From Alphaproteobacteria bacterium (lineage in GTDB: Bacteria; Pseudomonadota; Alphaproteobacteria; SP197): a stretch of DNA of 64,000 bases. The notes beneath the pieces were generated by a model. That model was given only the letters and a program-made list of their open reading frames with translations, did not search any database and had not been told where the DNA came from. This document shows, one piece after another, positions 10,750-20,853 of the stretch (positions are counted from its first letter, which is position 1; the number at the start of each line of letters is the position of its first letter). The translations under genes were made by a program, and so were the position numbers. The DNA lies in contig OZ219918.1 in NCBI GenBank assembly GCA_964291415.2, positions 352,001 through 416,000 of the forward strand, given 5' to 3'.

Positions 10750-11706
10750 ATGGAGCAGAGAACGTTCGGTCACTCCGGCCTGCAGGTGTCGCTTGCCGGC
10801 ATGGGCTGCAACACGCTCGGCTGGTGGGTGGGCGAGGACCAGGGAACGCGGGTGGTTCATGCGGCTCTCGATTCCGGTGTGGCTCTCTTCGATACGGCGG
10901 ACATGTACGACGACGGAACCTCGGAGAGCATTCTGGGAAAGGCGCTTGCCGGCCGCCGGCAGGACGTTGCGATCGTATCGAAGTTCGGCCTGAAGACGGC
11001 AAGCGACCAGCGCGACATTCCACGCGGGTCGCGCGACTACATCATCCGTTCCTGCGAGGGCAGCCTGCGCCGGCTCGACACCGACTACATCGATCTCTAC
11101 CTGCATCACGCACCCGATCCCGTGACCCCGGTGGCGGAAACGCTCGATGCCCTCGACCGCCTGATCGACCAGGGAAAGATCCGCTACTACGGCTGTTCCA
11201 ACTACAGGGGCTGGCAGATCGCGGATGCCGCCTGGCAGGCCGATAGCATGTGTGTTCCCCGGTTCGTTGCCGCGCAGAACAAGTGGAATCTTCTGGCACG
11301 GGAGACCGAAACCGAGGTGGTTCCGGCAGCCCGGCGGTTCGAACTTGGCATCATGCCGTACTATCCGCTGGCCATGGGGTTTCTGACCGGCAAGTACACG
11401 GCGGGCGGAAAACCGCCCGAGTCGTCCCGTCTGTCGGCGGGCGAGACAGACCGCTCCTCACTGCTGTCGGCGGAGAACTACGAACGTCTCGACAGGCTTG
11501 CGGCCTATGCCGCGGACCGCGGAAAGAGCCTCCTGGAACTCGCCATCGGCTGGCTGGCGAGTCATGATATAGTCACCACCGTGATCTGCGGAGCGACCAG
11601 GGAGGATCAGGTGAAGGCCAATGCGGCGGCTACCGGTGCCTGGAAGATGACGGCCAGTGAAGTCGACGAGATCGCCGCCATCGCCGGACACTCCGAAGGG
11701 ACGTGA
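10750..11706 (+). CDS. Aldo/keto reductase
   Basis: FDTADMY, SKFG, SLRRLDTDYIDLY, GKIRYYGCSN. Confidence 0.92.
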   Translation: MEQRTFGHSGLQVSLAGMGCNTLGWWVGEDQGTRVVHAALDSGVALFDTADMYDDGTSESILGKALAGRRQDVAIVSKFGLKTASDQRDIPRGSRDYIIRSCEGSLRRLDTDYIDLYLHHAPDPVTPVAETLDALDRLIDQGKIRYYGCSNYRGWQIADAAWQADSMCVPRFVAAQNKWNLLARETETEVVPAARRFELGIMPYYPLAMGFLTGKYTAGGKPPESSRLSAGETDRSSLLSAENYERLDRLAAYAADRGKSLLELAIGWLASHDIVTTVICGATREDQVKANAAATGAWKMTASEVDEIAAIAGHSEGT

Positions 11707-11709
11707 TCC

Positions 11710-11928
11710 ATGCCTCTTGTGTTCCGCCACCTCCTCCTTGCCGCGGCCAGGCGGGCTGCGTCCGACCCCAGGGTGAGGGCGAAGGCGAAGGAGATCTACG
11801 AAGAGAAGGCCCGCCCGGTTCTGGCCAGAAAGGCGCGTGAACTGAAAGAGGAGGCAACCAGGCGCGATCCCGGAGAGCATCCCGCACGGTTCGTGGGGCG
11901 CGCCTTCAAGCGGTTTCTCGACGGCTGA
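11710..11928 (+). CDS. Small basic hypothetical protein (72 aa)
   Basis: Fills the gap exactly between the AKR and MFS genes on the same strand; GC-rich codon pattern; helical, Lys/Arg-rich. Confidence 0.7.
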   Translation: MPLVFRHLLLAAARRAASDPRVRAKAKEIYEEKARPVLARKARELKEEATRRDPGEHPARFVGRAFKRFLDG

Positions 11929-11945
11929 CGGCTCCCCCCGGGACC

Positions 11946-13163
11946 ATGGATCGTTCCTGGAGATCACCCCTGGTGGTGATCGCGGCGGGCTGCGTCATTG
12001 CGATGATCGGCTTTGGCGTTCGCTCGGTCTTCGGGCTCTTCCAGGAGCCCGTGTCGCTTCATCACGGCTGGAACCGGGAAGTGTTCTCCATGGCGCTCGC
12101 CGTGCAGAACCTCCTCTGGGGTCTTGGCGTTCCGGTAGCCGGGATGATCGCCGACCGCTTCGGTCCCAGCCGGGTGATCATCGGCGGTGCGATCGTCTAT
12201 GCCTTCGGCATCTGGGCGATGTCCGTTGTCGAGACCGGCACCATGTTCGTTCTCGCAGCCGGTGTCCTGGTCGGTCTCGGCGTCGCCTTCACCGCCTTTT
12301 CCCTGGCGCTTGCCTCCATGGCCCGTGTCGTGGCGACGGAGCGGCGTTCCTTCGTCCTCGGGCTCGGTACTGCCGCCGGCTCCTTCGGCCAGTTCGTCTT
12401 TTCGCCCAATGCCCAGTTCGCCATCAGCCTGTTCGAATGGCAGGGCGCGCTCATGGTCCTGGCGGCGGCATCCCTGGTGATGATTCCCTTGGCCGTCATG
12501 TTGCCCGCTTCGTCTCCGGCCGTTGACGAAGCCGTGCACGAACAGGGCATGCGGGATGCCATCGTCGAGGCGGGACGGCATTCCGGGTACGTGCTGTTGA
12601 CTCTCGGGTTCTTTGTCTGCGGTTTCCAGATTGCCTTCATCACGGTGCATTTTCCGGCATTCGTGACCGGATCGGGTTTCAGTCCGGCGGTGGCTGCCTG
12701 GTCATTGGGCCTGGTGGGCGCCTTCAACATCGTCGGCTGCCTCCTGGCGGGCGTGGCCGGACAGCGCTGGAGCAAGCGCTACAGTCTTTCCGCCATCTAC
12801 TTTCTGAGGGCCGTGCTCATTGTCGCCCTGATGCTGGCTCCGAAGACCCACGCCACGATCTATCTCTTTGCCGGATGCATGGGCCTCATCTGGCTGGCCA
12901 CTGTGCCCCTGACATCGGGAATCGTCGCCCAGGTCTTCGGCACCCGCTACATGGCCACCCTCTTCGGAATCGTCTTCTTCAGTCATCAGGCCGGCAGCTT
13001 CATCGGTGTCTGGCTGGGAGGGCGGCTCTTTGATGCGACAGGTTCCTACGATGTGATCTGGTGGATCAGTGCGGTGCTTGGGCTGCTCGCCTGCCTGGTC
13101 CATCTTCCCATCAACGAGAGACCACTGGCGCGCCTTGCCGTCGCTCCGCAACGGGGCGCGTGA
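11946..13163 (+). CDS. MFS transporter
   Basis: About 12 TM segments; GMIADRFG, GFFVCGFQ, FFSHQAGSF. Confidence 0.92.
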   Translation: MDRSWRSPLVVIAAGCVIAMIGFGVRSVFGLFQEPVSLHHGWNREVFSMALAVQNLLWGLGVPVAGMIADRFGPSRVIIGGAIVYAFGIWAMSVVETGTMFVLAAGVLVGLGVAFTAFSLALASMARVVATERRSFVLGLGTAAGSFGQFVFSPNAQFAISLFEWQGALMVLAAASLVMIPLAVMLPASSPAVDEAVHEQGMRDAIVEAGRHSGYVLLTLGFFVCGFQIAFITVHFPAFVTGSGFSPAVAAWSLGLVGAFNIVGCLLAGVAGQRWSKRYSLSAIYFLRAVLIVALMLAPKTHATIYLFAGCMGLIWLATVPLTSGIVAQVFGTRYMATLFGIVFFSHQAGSFIGVWLGGRLFDATGSYDVIWWISAVLGLLACLVHLPINERPLARLAVAPQRGA

Positions 13164-13205
13164 TCATCGATGAATGCCCGCCATGAGAGATGAAGGATTG
13201 CCTGC

Positions 13206-15824
13206 ATGACCATGGAAGAAACCCGCCTTGCCGACTACCGGCCCTTTCCCTGGCGCATCGACACCGTCGTTCTTCATGTCTCACTCGATCCCGATGCGAC
13301 GACCGTTCACGCCAGGCTGGCCATCGAGGCGGCGCCCGGTGGCGAGCCACTGACACTCGATGGAGACAACCTGCCCCTCGACATGGTGGCCATTGACGAT
13401 GAGCCTCTGGACGCGTCGGCCTATCGCCATGACAAGACCGGACTCGTCATCCATGAGCCGCCCCGTCGCTTTACCCTGGAGACCCGCACCACCATCGAGC
13501 CGGCTCGCAATGTGGCCCTGGAGGGCCTCTACATGTCGTCGGGGATCTACTGCACGCAGTGCGAGGCCGAGGGGTTCCGCCGTATCACGTTCTTTCCCGA
13601 CCGTCCCGACGTGCTCGCCACCTACACCGTCGCCATCGATGCCGATCGCAGCAGCTGCCCGGTTCTCCTTTCCAACGGCAATCTCCTGAAGGAACATGAT
13701 CTGGGAGACGGTCGGCACCGCACGGTCTGGCACGATCCCTTTCCGAAACCTTCCTATCTCTTCGCCCTGGTTGCCGGGGATCTCGGTTGCCTCGAGGATA
13801 CCTTCACCACCGCCTCGGGCTGCGAGGTCAGCTTGCGGATCTGGAGCGAGCACGGCAACACAGACAAGTGCCGCTACGCCATGGATTCCCTCAAGCGGGC
13901 CATGCGCTGGGACGAGGAACGCTACAGTCTGGAATACGACCTCGACACGTTCAACATCGTCGCCGTTGCCGATTTCAACGCCGGAGCGATGGAGAACAAG
14001 AGCCTCAACATCTTCAACTCGAGCCTGGTTCTCGCCAGTCCGCAGACGGCAACGGACGGAAACTATGAAGCCATCGAGAGCGTCATAGCCCACGAGTATT
14101 TTCACAACTGGACCGGTGACCGCGTGACCTGCCGCGACTGGTTCCAGCTCTCTCTCAAGGAAGGGCTCACCGTCTACCGGGACCAGGAATTCACGGCCGA
14201 CATGAGAAGCCGCCCGGTCAAGCGGATCGATGACGTGCGTCGCCTGCGCGCCGCGCAGTTTCCCGAGGATGCCGGACCCATGGCGCACCCGGTGCGCCCG
14301 TCGAGCTACGTCGAGATCAACAACTTCTACACGCCGACGGTCTACGAGAAGGGAGCGGAAGTCATCCGCATGATGGAGCGCATCCTCGGCAGGGACGGGT
14401 TCCGCAAGGGCATGGACCTCTACATCGAACGCCATGACGGCATGGCGGTGACCTGCGACGACTTCATTGCCGCCATGGCGGATGCCAACGGGGCCGATCT
14501 CGGCCACTTCAGCCTGTGGTACAGCCAGGCCGGCACACCGGAAGTGACCGCCTCGGGCCGATGGCTTGCCGACGAGGCGACATATGAACTCGTGCTCGAA
14601 CAGGAAACGCCACCGACGCCCGGCCAGGCAGCCAAGGAAGCACTTCGCATTCCCCTTGAAGTCGGTCTTGTCGGTCCCAACGGCAACGACATGGAGGTGA
14701 CCCTCGAGGGCAGGACTGCCTCGAGCCATGTCCTAGATCTCGATCGGCCCTCACGGACATTCCGTTTCGAGGGCGTCGGAGCCCGGCCCGTTCTCTCGCT
14801 CAACCGGGATTTCACGGCCCCGGTGCGTGTCACGTCCGATATCGACGATGCCGGTCTGGCCTTCCTCATGGCCCACGACAGCGATCCCTTCGCCCGCTGG
14901 GAGGCCGGCCAGAGTTACGCCACACGTCTGCTTCTCGCCATGATCGCGGCCATCCGTCAGGGCGGCGCACCGGCTACCGACGAGCGATGGCTCGAGGCCA
15001 TGTCGACGACCATTGGCGACACATCCCTCGATCCTGCCTTCAAGGCCCGTGCCCTCGCTCTCCCAGGTGAATCCTGGCTCGCCGAGCAGATGGAGACGGT
15101 GGATGTCGAGGCCATTCATGAGGCGAGGGAGACCATGAGGCTGGCCGCCGCGAATCGTTATGCCGACGGCTGGAGGGCCATGATCGGGGAGGATGATGAA
15201 CCCTACAGTCCCGACGGCGAACAGGCCGGCCGGCGTGCCCTGAAGGGCGTGGCCCTTTCCTACTGTGCCGCGCCTGGTGACGCGGAAGCGGTCGCGCTTG
15301 TCACCGGGGCTTACGCCAGCGCAGGCAACATGACCGATCGCCTCGGGGCGTTGTCGCTGATCGCCGCCATCGACACGCCACACCGCGACAGGTGTCTCAC
15401 GGACTTTCACGACCGGTTTCGCAACGATGACCTGGTGATGGACAAGTGGCTGGGCGTTCAGGCGGCATCGCCCCTCGATGATACGCTCGCCCGGGTCCGC
15501 GACCTGCTCTCCCACGAGGTTTTCAGCCTGGAGAAACCCAACAAGGTCTTCGCCCTCGTCGGCGGTTTTGCGATGGCCAATCCGCTCAACTTCCATCGTC
15601 GCGATGGATCGGGCTATCGCTTTGTTGCGGACCGGCTGCTGGAACTCGACGACATCAATCCCCAGGTAGCGGCGCGGATCATCAACCCGCTCATCCGCTG
15701 GCGCCGCCAGGACAGCGACCGCCAGGCGCTCATGCGCCACGAACTGGAACGGATTCGCGCGAAGGAGAACCTGTCGCCCGACCTTGGCGAGAAGATCACG
15801 AAATCCCTGGAGCAGGAGGAGTAG
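13206..15824 (+). CDS. pepN: Aminopeptidase N (M1)
   Basis: TQCEAEGFRRIT, GAMENK, HEYFH-x18-E, NNFYTPTVYEKGAEV. Confidence 0.97.
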   Translation: MTMEETRLADYRPFPWRIDTVVLHVSLDPDATTVHARLAIEAAPGGEPLTLDGDNLPLDMVAIDDEPLDASAYRHDKTGLVIHEPPRRFTLETRTTIEPARNVALEGLYMSSGIYCTQCEAEGFRRITFFPDRPDVLATYTVAIDADRSSCPVLLSNGNLLKEHDLGDGRHRTVWHDPFPKPSYLFALVAGDLGCLEDTFTTASGCEVSLRIWSEHGNTDKCRYAMDSLKRAMRWDEERYSLEYDLDTFNIVAVADFNAGAMENKSLNIFNSSLVLASPQTATDGNYEAIESVIAHEYFHNWTGDRVTCRDWFQLSLKEGLTVYRDQEFTADMRSRPVKRIDDVRRLRAAQFPEDAGPMAHPVRPSSYVEINNFYTPTVYEKGAEVIRMMERILGRDGFRKGMDLYIERHDGMAVTCDDFIAAMADANGADLGHFSLWYSQAGTPEVTASGRWLADEATYELVLEQETPPTPGQAAKEALRIPLEVGLVGPNGNDMEVTLEGRTASSHVLDLDRPSRTFRFEGVGARPVLSLNRDFTAPVRVTSDIDDAGLAFLMAHDSDPFARWEAGQSYATRLLLAMIAAIRQGGAPATDERWLEAMSTTIGDTSLDPAFKARALALPGESWLAEQMETVDVEAIHEARETMRLAAANRYADGWRAMIGEDDEPYSPDGEQAGRRALKGVALSYCAAPGDAEAVALVTGAYASAGNMTDRLGALSLIAAIDTPHRDRCLTDFHDRFRNDDLVMDKWLGVQAASPLDDTLARVRDLLSHEVFSLEKPNKVFALVGGFAMANPLNFHRRDGSGYRFVADRLLELDDINPQVAARIINPLIRWRRQDSDRQALMRHELERIRAKENLSPDLGEKITKSLEQEE

Positions 15825-15828
15825 GACC

Positions 15829-16638
15829 GTGCCCCACCTCACCACATCCGGCGCCTCGTTGTGGTACGACCAGACCGGTTCCGGCCCTGACATCGTCTGG
15901 CTTCCCGGAGGCGATCAGCGCGGCTCGGAAATGCGCTGGCAGGTAGAGGGATTCCCGGACTTTCGCAACACGACCATGGATCCCCGGGGCGTGGGGGAGA
16001 CCGAAGCCCTTGTTGGCCCGCCATGGTCCATTCTCGACATGGCGCGCGACTGCGCCGAACTGATCGAGGCGCGCTGTGCGCCCCCTGTGGTGGCGGCGGG
16101 GCTCTCAATGGGTTCGCTCATCGTCCAGGAACTGGCGATCAACTGGCCGCACCTCGTGCGCCTTGCCATCCCCATGGGGACCTTTGCCGTGTCGGAAGGG
16201 TTTTCCCGGGAGTGGATGGAGGCGGAGATCCGCTATCGACGCACGCGCGGCGATCTGCCCTTCGACTTTGCCGTTACCCACTACGCGGCCTTCATGTATC
16301 CGCCGGAGGTGCTGGATGACCCGGAGTTGTGGGCGCGGCTGCGAACGGTGACGGAGGCGGCCTACGGAGAACGGGACGGGGCCATGCTCGACGCCCAGTG
16401 GCAGGCGTGCTGCGAATTCGACACGACGGCCAGGCTCCCCCACTGCGAGGTCCCCATCCACGTCATCGGATTCGGACTCGACATGCAGGCGCCGCCTTCC
16501 CTCGGCCGCAAGTGTGCCGGGCTGGCGGCAAACGGCCACTATCATCACCTCGAGGGTCTCAGCCATCTCTCCCTCTGTGGCCACCGCCACGAGGTGGTGA
16601 ACGCCGCCATACGCGCCATCATCGAAGGCCATGGGTGA
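15829..16638 (+). CDS. Alpha/beta hydrolase
   Basis: DPRGVG, nucleophile elbow GLSMG, C-terminal His (GLSH); GTG start after AGGAGG. Confidence 0.85.
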   Translation: MPHLTTSGASLWYDQTGSGPDIVWLPGGDQRGSEMRWQVEGFPDFRNTTMDPRGVGETEALVGPPWSILDMARDCAELIEARCAPPVVAAGLSMGSLIVQELAINWPHLVRLAIPMGTFAVSEGFSREWMEAEIRYRRTRGDLPFDFAVTHYAAFMYPPEVLDDPELWARLRTVTEAAYGERDGAMLDAQWQACCEFDTTARLPHCEVPIHVIGFGLDMQAPPSLGRKCAGLAANGHYHHLEGLSHLSLCGHRHEVVNAAIRAIIEGHG

Positions 16639-16895
16639 CGCCCTTCAGCCCGCCGTTCGAATGGCGGAATCCGTCGCCCATCCCTGTTCATGCCCGCCTT
16701 TCAGCTTGCATGCGACGGCGTTCCAGCATCCCTTCACCGTGATGCAGAACCTCAGGGCTGTCGGGAGAGCCGTTGTGAAGCCTCATGGGCAAGCGTAGGG
16801 CCCGCCGGAAGGGCAGCGATGTCCCGGATGGGAAGGAAACCAACCGTGATAACGGTCCTCCGCCAAGCCAGTTTGTGAACGCCAGAGAGACCACG

Positions 16896-17679
16896 ATGAG
16901 CTTTACCGACAAGTCGGTTCTGGTCACGGGCTCCACCACCGGGATCGGCGAGGCGAGTGTCCGAGCCTTTGCCGCACAGGGGGCCCCGGGTGCTTGTCAC
17001 CGGGCGCAATGCGGAACGGGGCGCAAACATCTGTGCGGAGATTGAGGGACACGGAGGAACTGCCGAGTTCTGCCGGGCGGACCTCTCCGATCGCGCCGAG
17101 TGCGACCGTTTGGTGTCCGAATGCGTCCAACGCTTCGGCCGTCTCGACATCCTTGTGAACAATGCCGGGGTTCTTCACGAAGGCACGGCCCTCACGACAT
17201 CGGATCACGCCTGGGACGAGACGATGACGGTCAACGTCAGCTCCGTCTTCTTCATGAGTCGCGCTGCCCTCAGGCAGATGAGTGCGCAGGGAAGCGGCTG
17301 CATCGTGAATACGGCATCGGAATGGGGCCTCAATGGGGAGGCGAACTATGTCGCCTATTGCACCAGCAAGGGTGCTGTCGTGCAGATGACCCGCTGCATG
17401 GCGCTCGATCATGCGGCCGAGGGTATCCGGGTGAACGCCGTGTGCCCGGGCGAGACCCATACGGAGATGCTGGACAGGATGCTGCACGACCAGGGGGGAG
17501 ACTTCGACGAGAACCTGCGGAACTTCGCCGCCGGCATCCCGATGCGCCGCGTTGCCAGTGCCGGTGAGGTTGCCCGGTGCATTCTGTTTCTGGCCTCCGA
17601 TGAGGCGAGCTACGTGACCGGGACGACGCTGGTTGTCGACGGCGGGAACGACGCGACGGCAGGAGCCTACGGACCGTAG
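16896..17679 (+). pseudogene. Short-chain dehydrogenase/reductase with a +1 frameshift at about 16985 (pseudogene or sequencing error)
   Basis: MSFTDKSVLVTGSTTGIG is in one frame and RVLVTGR...NNAG...YCTSK in the next; the break falls in the GGGGGCCCC run. Confidence 0.85.
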
Positions 17680-17778
17680 GAAAGCGCGGCCATGCCGCTC
17701 GGCGAGTGATCGGACAAACGTGACGCGTCCGGCTGCCTCCCGGCGATCGCCGGGATTGTCCGTTGCGGGGAGGCCCGG

Positions 17779-19014
17779 CTACCAGAAGAGGTGAGGCGTG
17801 GTCGTGATCTCGTCCACTCCGGTGTCGGTGACGATGAAGTTGGTCTCGAAGGTGGCGGTCCCGACGCCGTCAGCCTCGAAGAAGGCCTCCACGGAGTGCA
17901 CCATGCCTTCCAGGAACACGTCCTCCTCGCTGCACAGGCGGGTCTCGATGTAGGGCGCTTCCCACATGCATCCCACGCTGTGTCCGTAGTAGGGCCAGGC
18001 CGTCTTCAGGACATCGGACTGGTAGCCGGACTGTTCCGAGAGGTCATCTGCCAGACGGGCGACATCCATGACGGCAACGCCTGGCCTGATGGCGGCCATG
18101 AGCTTCTCCATGACATCGACAAGGGTTTCGATGAGATGCTTCTGATCGGCGGTCGGCCGGCCGCCGCATACCGCGGTGCGGCCGGGATCGAGCCAGTAGC
18201 CCTTGTAGATCGGCCCGTAGATGAAGCCGTGCACGATATCGCCCTCGTGCGGCGTCCTGGTGCTGAAGCCGTTGATCGGATCGCTTTCCAGATACTGGCT
18301 CACGGCACCATGCGAGATGGCCATGCGATGCCAGTTGCAGCCCCGCTCGAGCAGGAGTGCGCCGGCCCGGGACGCCGCCTCCGATTCGGAGGTTCCGGCG
18401 ATGAGCGCCTCCATCATGGCCACATGGGCACGGGTCACGTACGCGCCGGCCTCGCGGTAGAGCGCCAGTTCGCGTGCACTCTTGATCAGACGGACGTCGC
18501 GGACGAGATCGTCTTCCACGACCCAGTCGATCTGGGGTGTCGCGGCGCGAAGCTGGAGCCAGTACTTCATGGGCAGGCAGTCGCTGCCCACGAAAGCAAC
18601 GCGTCCTTCGATCCGGCGCTCGCGCAGGATCCGGGCCAATCCCGCGATCGGATCGTAGAGACCGCTGAAGCGATCCGTCGCGATCTGATCGTACCGGGGC
18701 TCGGTCTCGTCGGTCACCAGTTCCGGACTCTGGCCCGGCTGCAGGATGACCGCGCAGTACGAACGCGCGTTCCACAGAGTGGTGTCGGGCTCCTGGCCGG
18801 AGTGGGTGGAGAAGAAGTTCGTCAGGTAGAGCACGTCACCGGCGCGTTCGTAGACCCCGGATGTCTTGCCCCAGACCACCGCCACCTCATAACCCAGCGT
18901 CGTCATGTGTTCATGAACGCGTTTCCAGCGCTCTTCGTACTCCTCCAGAGGGAACGGACGAATGTCCGAGTCGGCTTGAAGCCTGCTTCCAGGTGATCCT
19001 GCATGTCCGGTCAT
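17779..19014 (-). CDS. M24 (Xaa-Pro peptidase/creatinase-like) family hydrolase
   Basis: FPLEEYEER N-domain, RLIKSAREL, YWLDPGRT, GHSVG, FETNFIVT. Confidence 0.85.
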   Translation of the reverse strand: MTGHAGSPGSRLQADSDIRPFPLEEYEERWKRVHEHMTTLGYEVAVVWGKTSGVYERAGDVLYLTNFFSTHSGQEPDTTLWNARSYCAVILQPGQSPELVTDETEPRYDQIATDRFSGLYDPIAGLARILRERRIEGRVAFVGSDCLPMKYWLQLRAATPQIDWVVEDDLVRDVRLIKSARELALYREAGAYVTRAHVAMMEALIAGTSESEAASRAGALLLERGCNWHRMAISHGAVSQYLESDPINGFSTRTPHEGDIVHGFIYGPIYKGYWLDPGRTAVCGGRPTADQKHLIETLVDVMEKLMAAIRPGVAVMDVARLADDLSEQSGYQSDVLKTAWPYYGHSVGCMWEAPYIETRLCSEEDVFLEGMVHSVEAFFEADGVGTATFETNFIVTDTGVDEITTTPHLFW

Positions 19015-19194
19015 GTTGGTGCGCCTCCACGCTCTGGACCGCCGTCGCGCATGCCGGGAGTCAACGCCGGCGCGACTCACAGGGTCGGCATCGCCCGACC
19101 CGCGATCCTGTTCGCTGACAAGACTAGGACAGAATTCGAGAACGAGCCAATGGCGCCACTGGCCATCGTCACACCCTTCCAGGCGCCGGGCACA

Positions 19195-20853
19195 TCAGGA
19201 GGATCGGTACCCGTAGTCCCTTTCAGCGGCGGCAGGAGTCACGAGTCCGCTCTTGAGATCGGCGGCGATCAGTGCCGGGTCCCGCGTTGCCGGGTCTCCG
19301 TATCCGCCGCCGCCCGGCGATTCGAGCCGGAGTGTTTCGTTCGGGGGAATGTCCTGTTCGCCCTTGCCGTTGAGCGGTCGTCCCGAAGCGAGGCGCAGGA
19401 TGCCGCGGGCGCCGTCGTGGCCGCCCTCCCGGCCTCGCGGCGGGTAGGTGATCCTGTCGAGCGCCGCCGCCAGCTGGAGCGTTGCGTTTTCGGAGGATGC
19501 AACCTCGATGATCTGTCCGTGACCGCCGCGATGGCGCCCGGCGCCGCCGGAATCGGGGCGCAGTTCGCGGCGCCAGACGATGAGCGGGGCGACGGATTCG
19601 GCCAGTTCCACCTGGGTTCCGATGACGCCCGACGGAAAGGCGGTCGCATCGAGACCGTCGCTCGAGGGGCGGGCGCCGGTGCCGCCGTTGTGGACCATCT
19701 CAAGGGCGAATCGCGTCTGTCCGCTGGAATGGTAGATTCCGAAACCACCTCTCAGGGGAAGATCCCATAGCACCGATGTCCCCTCGGCCGGTACGCTGCC
19801 GGGTCTCGCCTGGTGCAGACAGCCCAGAGCGGCGTCGGGAAGCAGTTGTCCGACGATGTGGCGCATGGTCACGGGAGCCGGCTTGCTGGCATTCATGATG
19901 GAGCCTTCCGGGGCCAGGACGACAAAGGGCTCCAAGGCTCCGGCGTTGTTGGGAACATCCGGTGCGATGACGCACTTGAGTCCGAACACCGTGTAGGCCT
20001 GGGAGTAGGTCAGGGGGCAGTTGATGCCGTAACGGGAGGCCGGTGAACTGCCGCTGAAGTCGATGGCGAGGGCGCCATCTGCAATGGTGAGTCTGGCCGC
20101 GATCCTGATCTCGAACTCATAGCCGTCAACCATCATCTCGTTCGACCAGGTTCCGGAAGGCCACGAACGAAGCCTTTCGCGCGTCGCCTCGCGCGATGTG
20201 TTGATGATGTGGTCCGAAAGGCCGGCGAGCGACGTGAGGGTGAACTCCCGCATCATGTCGGCCAAGCGTTCCTCACCCACTTCACAGCAGGCTATGAGAG
20301 CGTAGAGATCGCCTTCGTTCTGCACCGGAACCCGGCTGTTTGCCCTGAGGAGGGTCATCAGCGTGTGGTTGATCGTGCCGCCTTCGATGAGCTTGATGGG
20401 CGGGATGAACATGCCTTCCTCGAAGACGTCGGCGGCGTCGGGGCCGAAGCTCCTGCCGCCGATGTCGGCGAGGTGCGAGGTACAGGCATTGAGGCCCACC
20501 ACCCTGCCGTCGAGAAAGCACGGCTTGACCAGCACGAAATCGTTGAGGTGGCCGGCCCCGATCCAGGGGTCATTGGTCATCCAGAGGTCACCGGGACGAG
20601 CCTCGCCAGGGGGGAAGTGGCGGATCAGGTGACGGACCGAAGCTGCCATGGTGTTGATGTGGCCCGGTGTGCCCGTCACCGCCTGGGCCATCATGCGTCC
20701 CTCGAGATCGAAAATGCCCGCCGAGATATCACCCGATTCGCGCACGATGGGGCTGAAGGCGGCGCGCATCAGTGTCTGGCCCTGTTCCTCGACAACCGAA
20801 ATGAGACGGTCCCACATGATCTGAAGGTGAATTCTCTCGAGCGCGTCGGTCAT
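19195..20853 (-). CDS. Hydantoinase B/5-oxoprolinase beta subunit
   Basis: AFSPIVRESGD, NDPWIGAGHLND, SHLADIGG, DSGGAGRHRGG, PGGGGYGDP. Confidence 0.93.
   Translation of the reverse strand: MTDALERIHLQIMWDRLISVVEEQGQTLMRAAFSPIVRESGDISAGIFDLEGRMMAQAVTGTPGHINTMAASVRHLIRHFPPGEARPGDLWMTNDPWIGAGHLNDFVLVKPCFLDGRVVGLNACTSHLADIGGRSFGPDAADVFEEGMFIPPIKLIEGGTINHTLMTLLRANSRVPVQNEGDLYALIACCEVGEERLADMMREFTLTSLAGLSDHIINTSREATRERLRSWPSGTWSNEMMVDGYEFEIRIAARLTIADGALAIDFSGSSPASRYGINCPLTYSQAYTVFGLKCVIAPDVPNNAGALEPFVVLAPEGSIMNASKPAPVTMRHIVGQLLPDAALGCLHQARPGSVPAEGTSVLWDLPLRGGFGIYHSSGQTRFALEMVHNGGTGARPSSDGLDATAFPSGVIGTQVELAESVAPLIVWRRELRPDSGGAGRHRGGHGQIIEVASSENATLQLAAALDRITYPPRGREGGHDGARGILRLASGRPLNGKGEQDIPPNETLRLESPGGGGYGDPATRDPALIAADLKSGLVTPAAAERDYGYRSS

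Noticed and set aside
16745-16840. FMN- or glycine-riboswitch-like words (CTCAGGGC, GGGAGAG, CCGGATGGGAAG) upstream of the SDR
   Set aside because: Core conserved segments are missing; an Rfam cmscan would be needed
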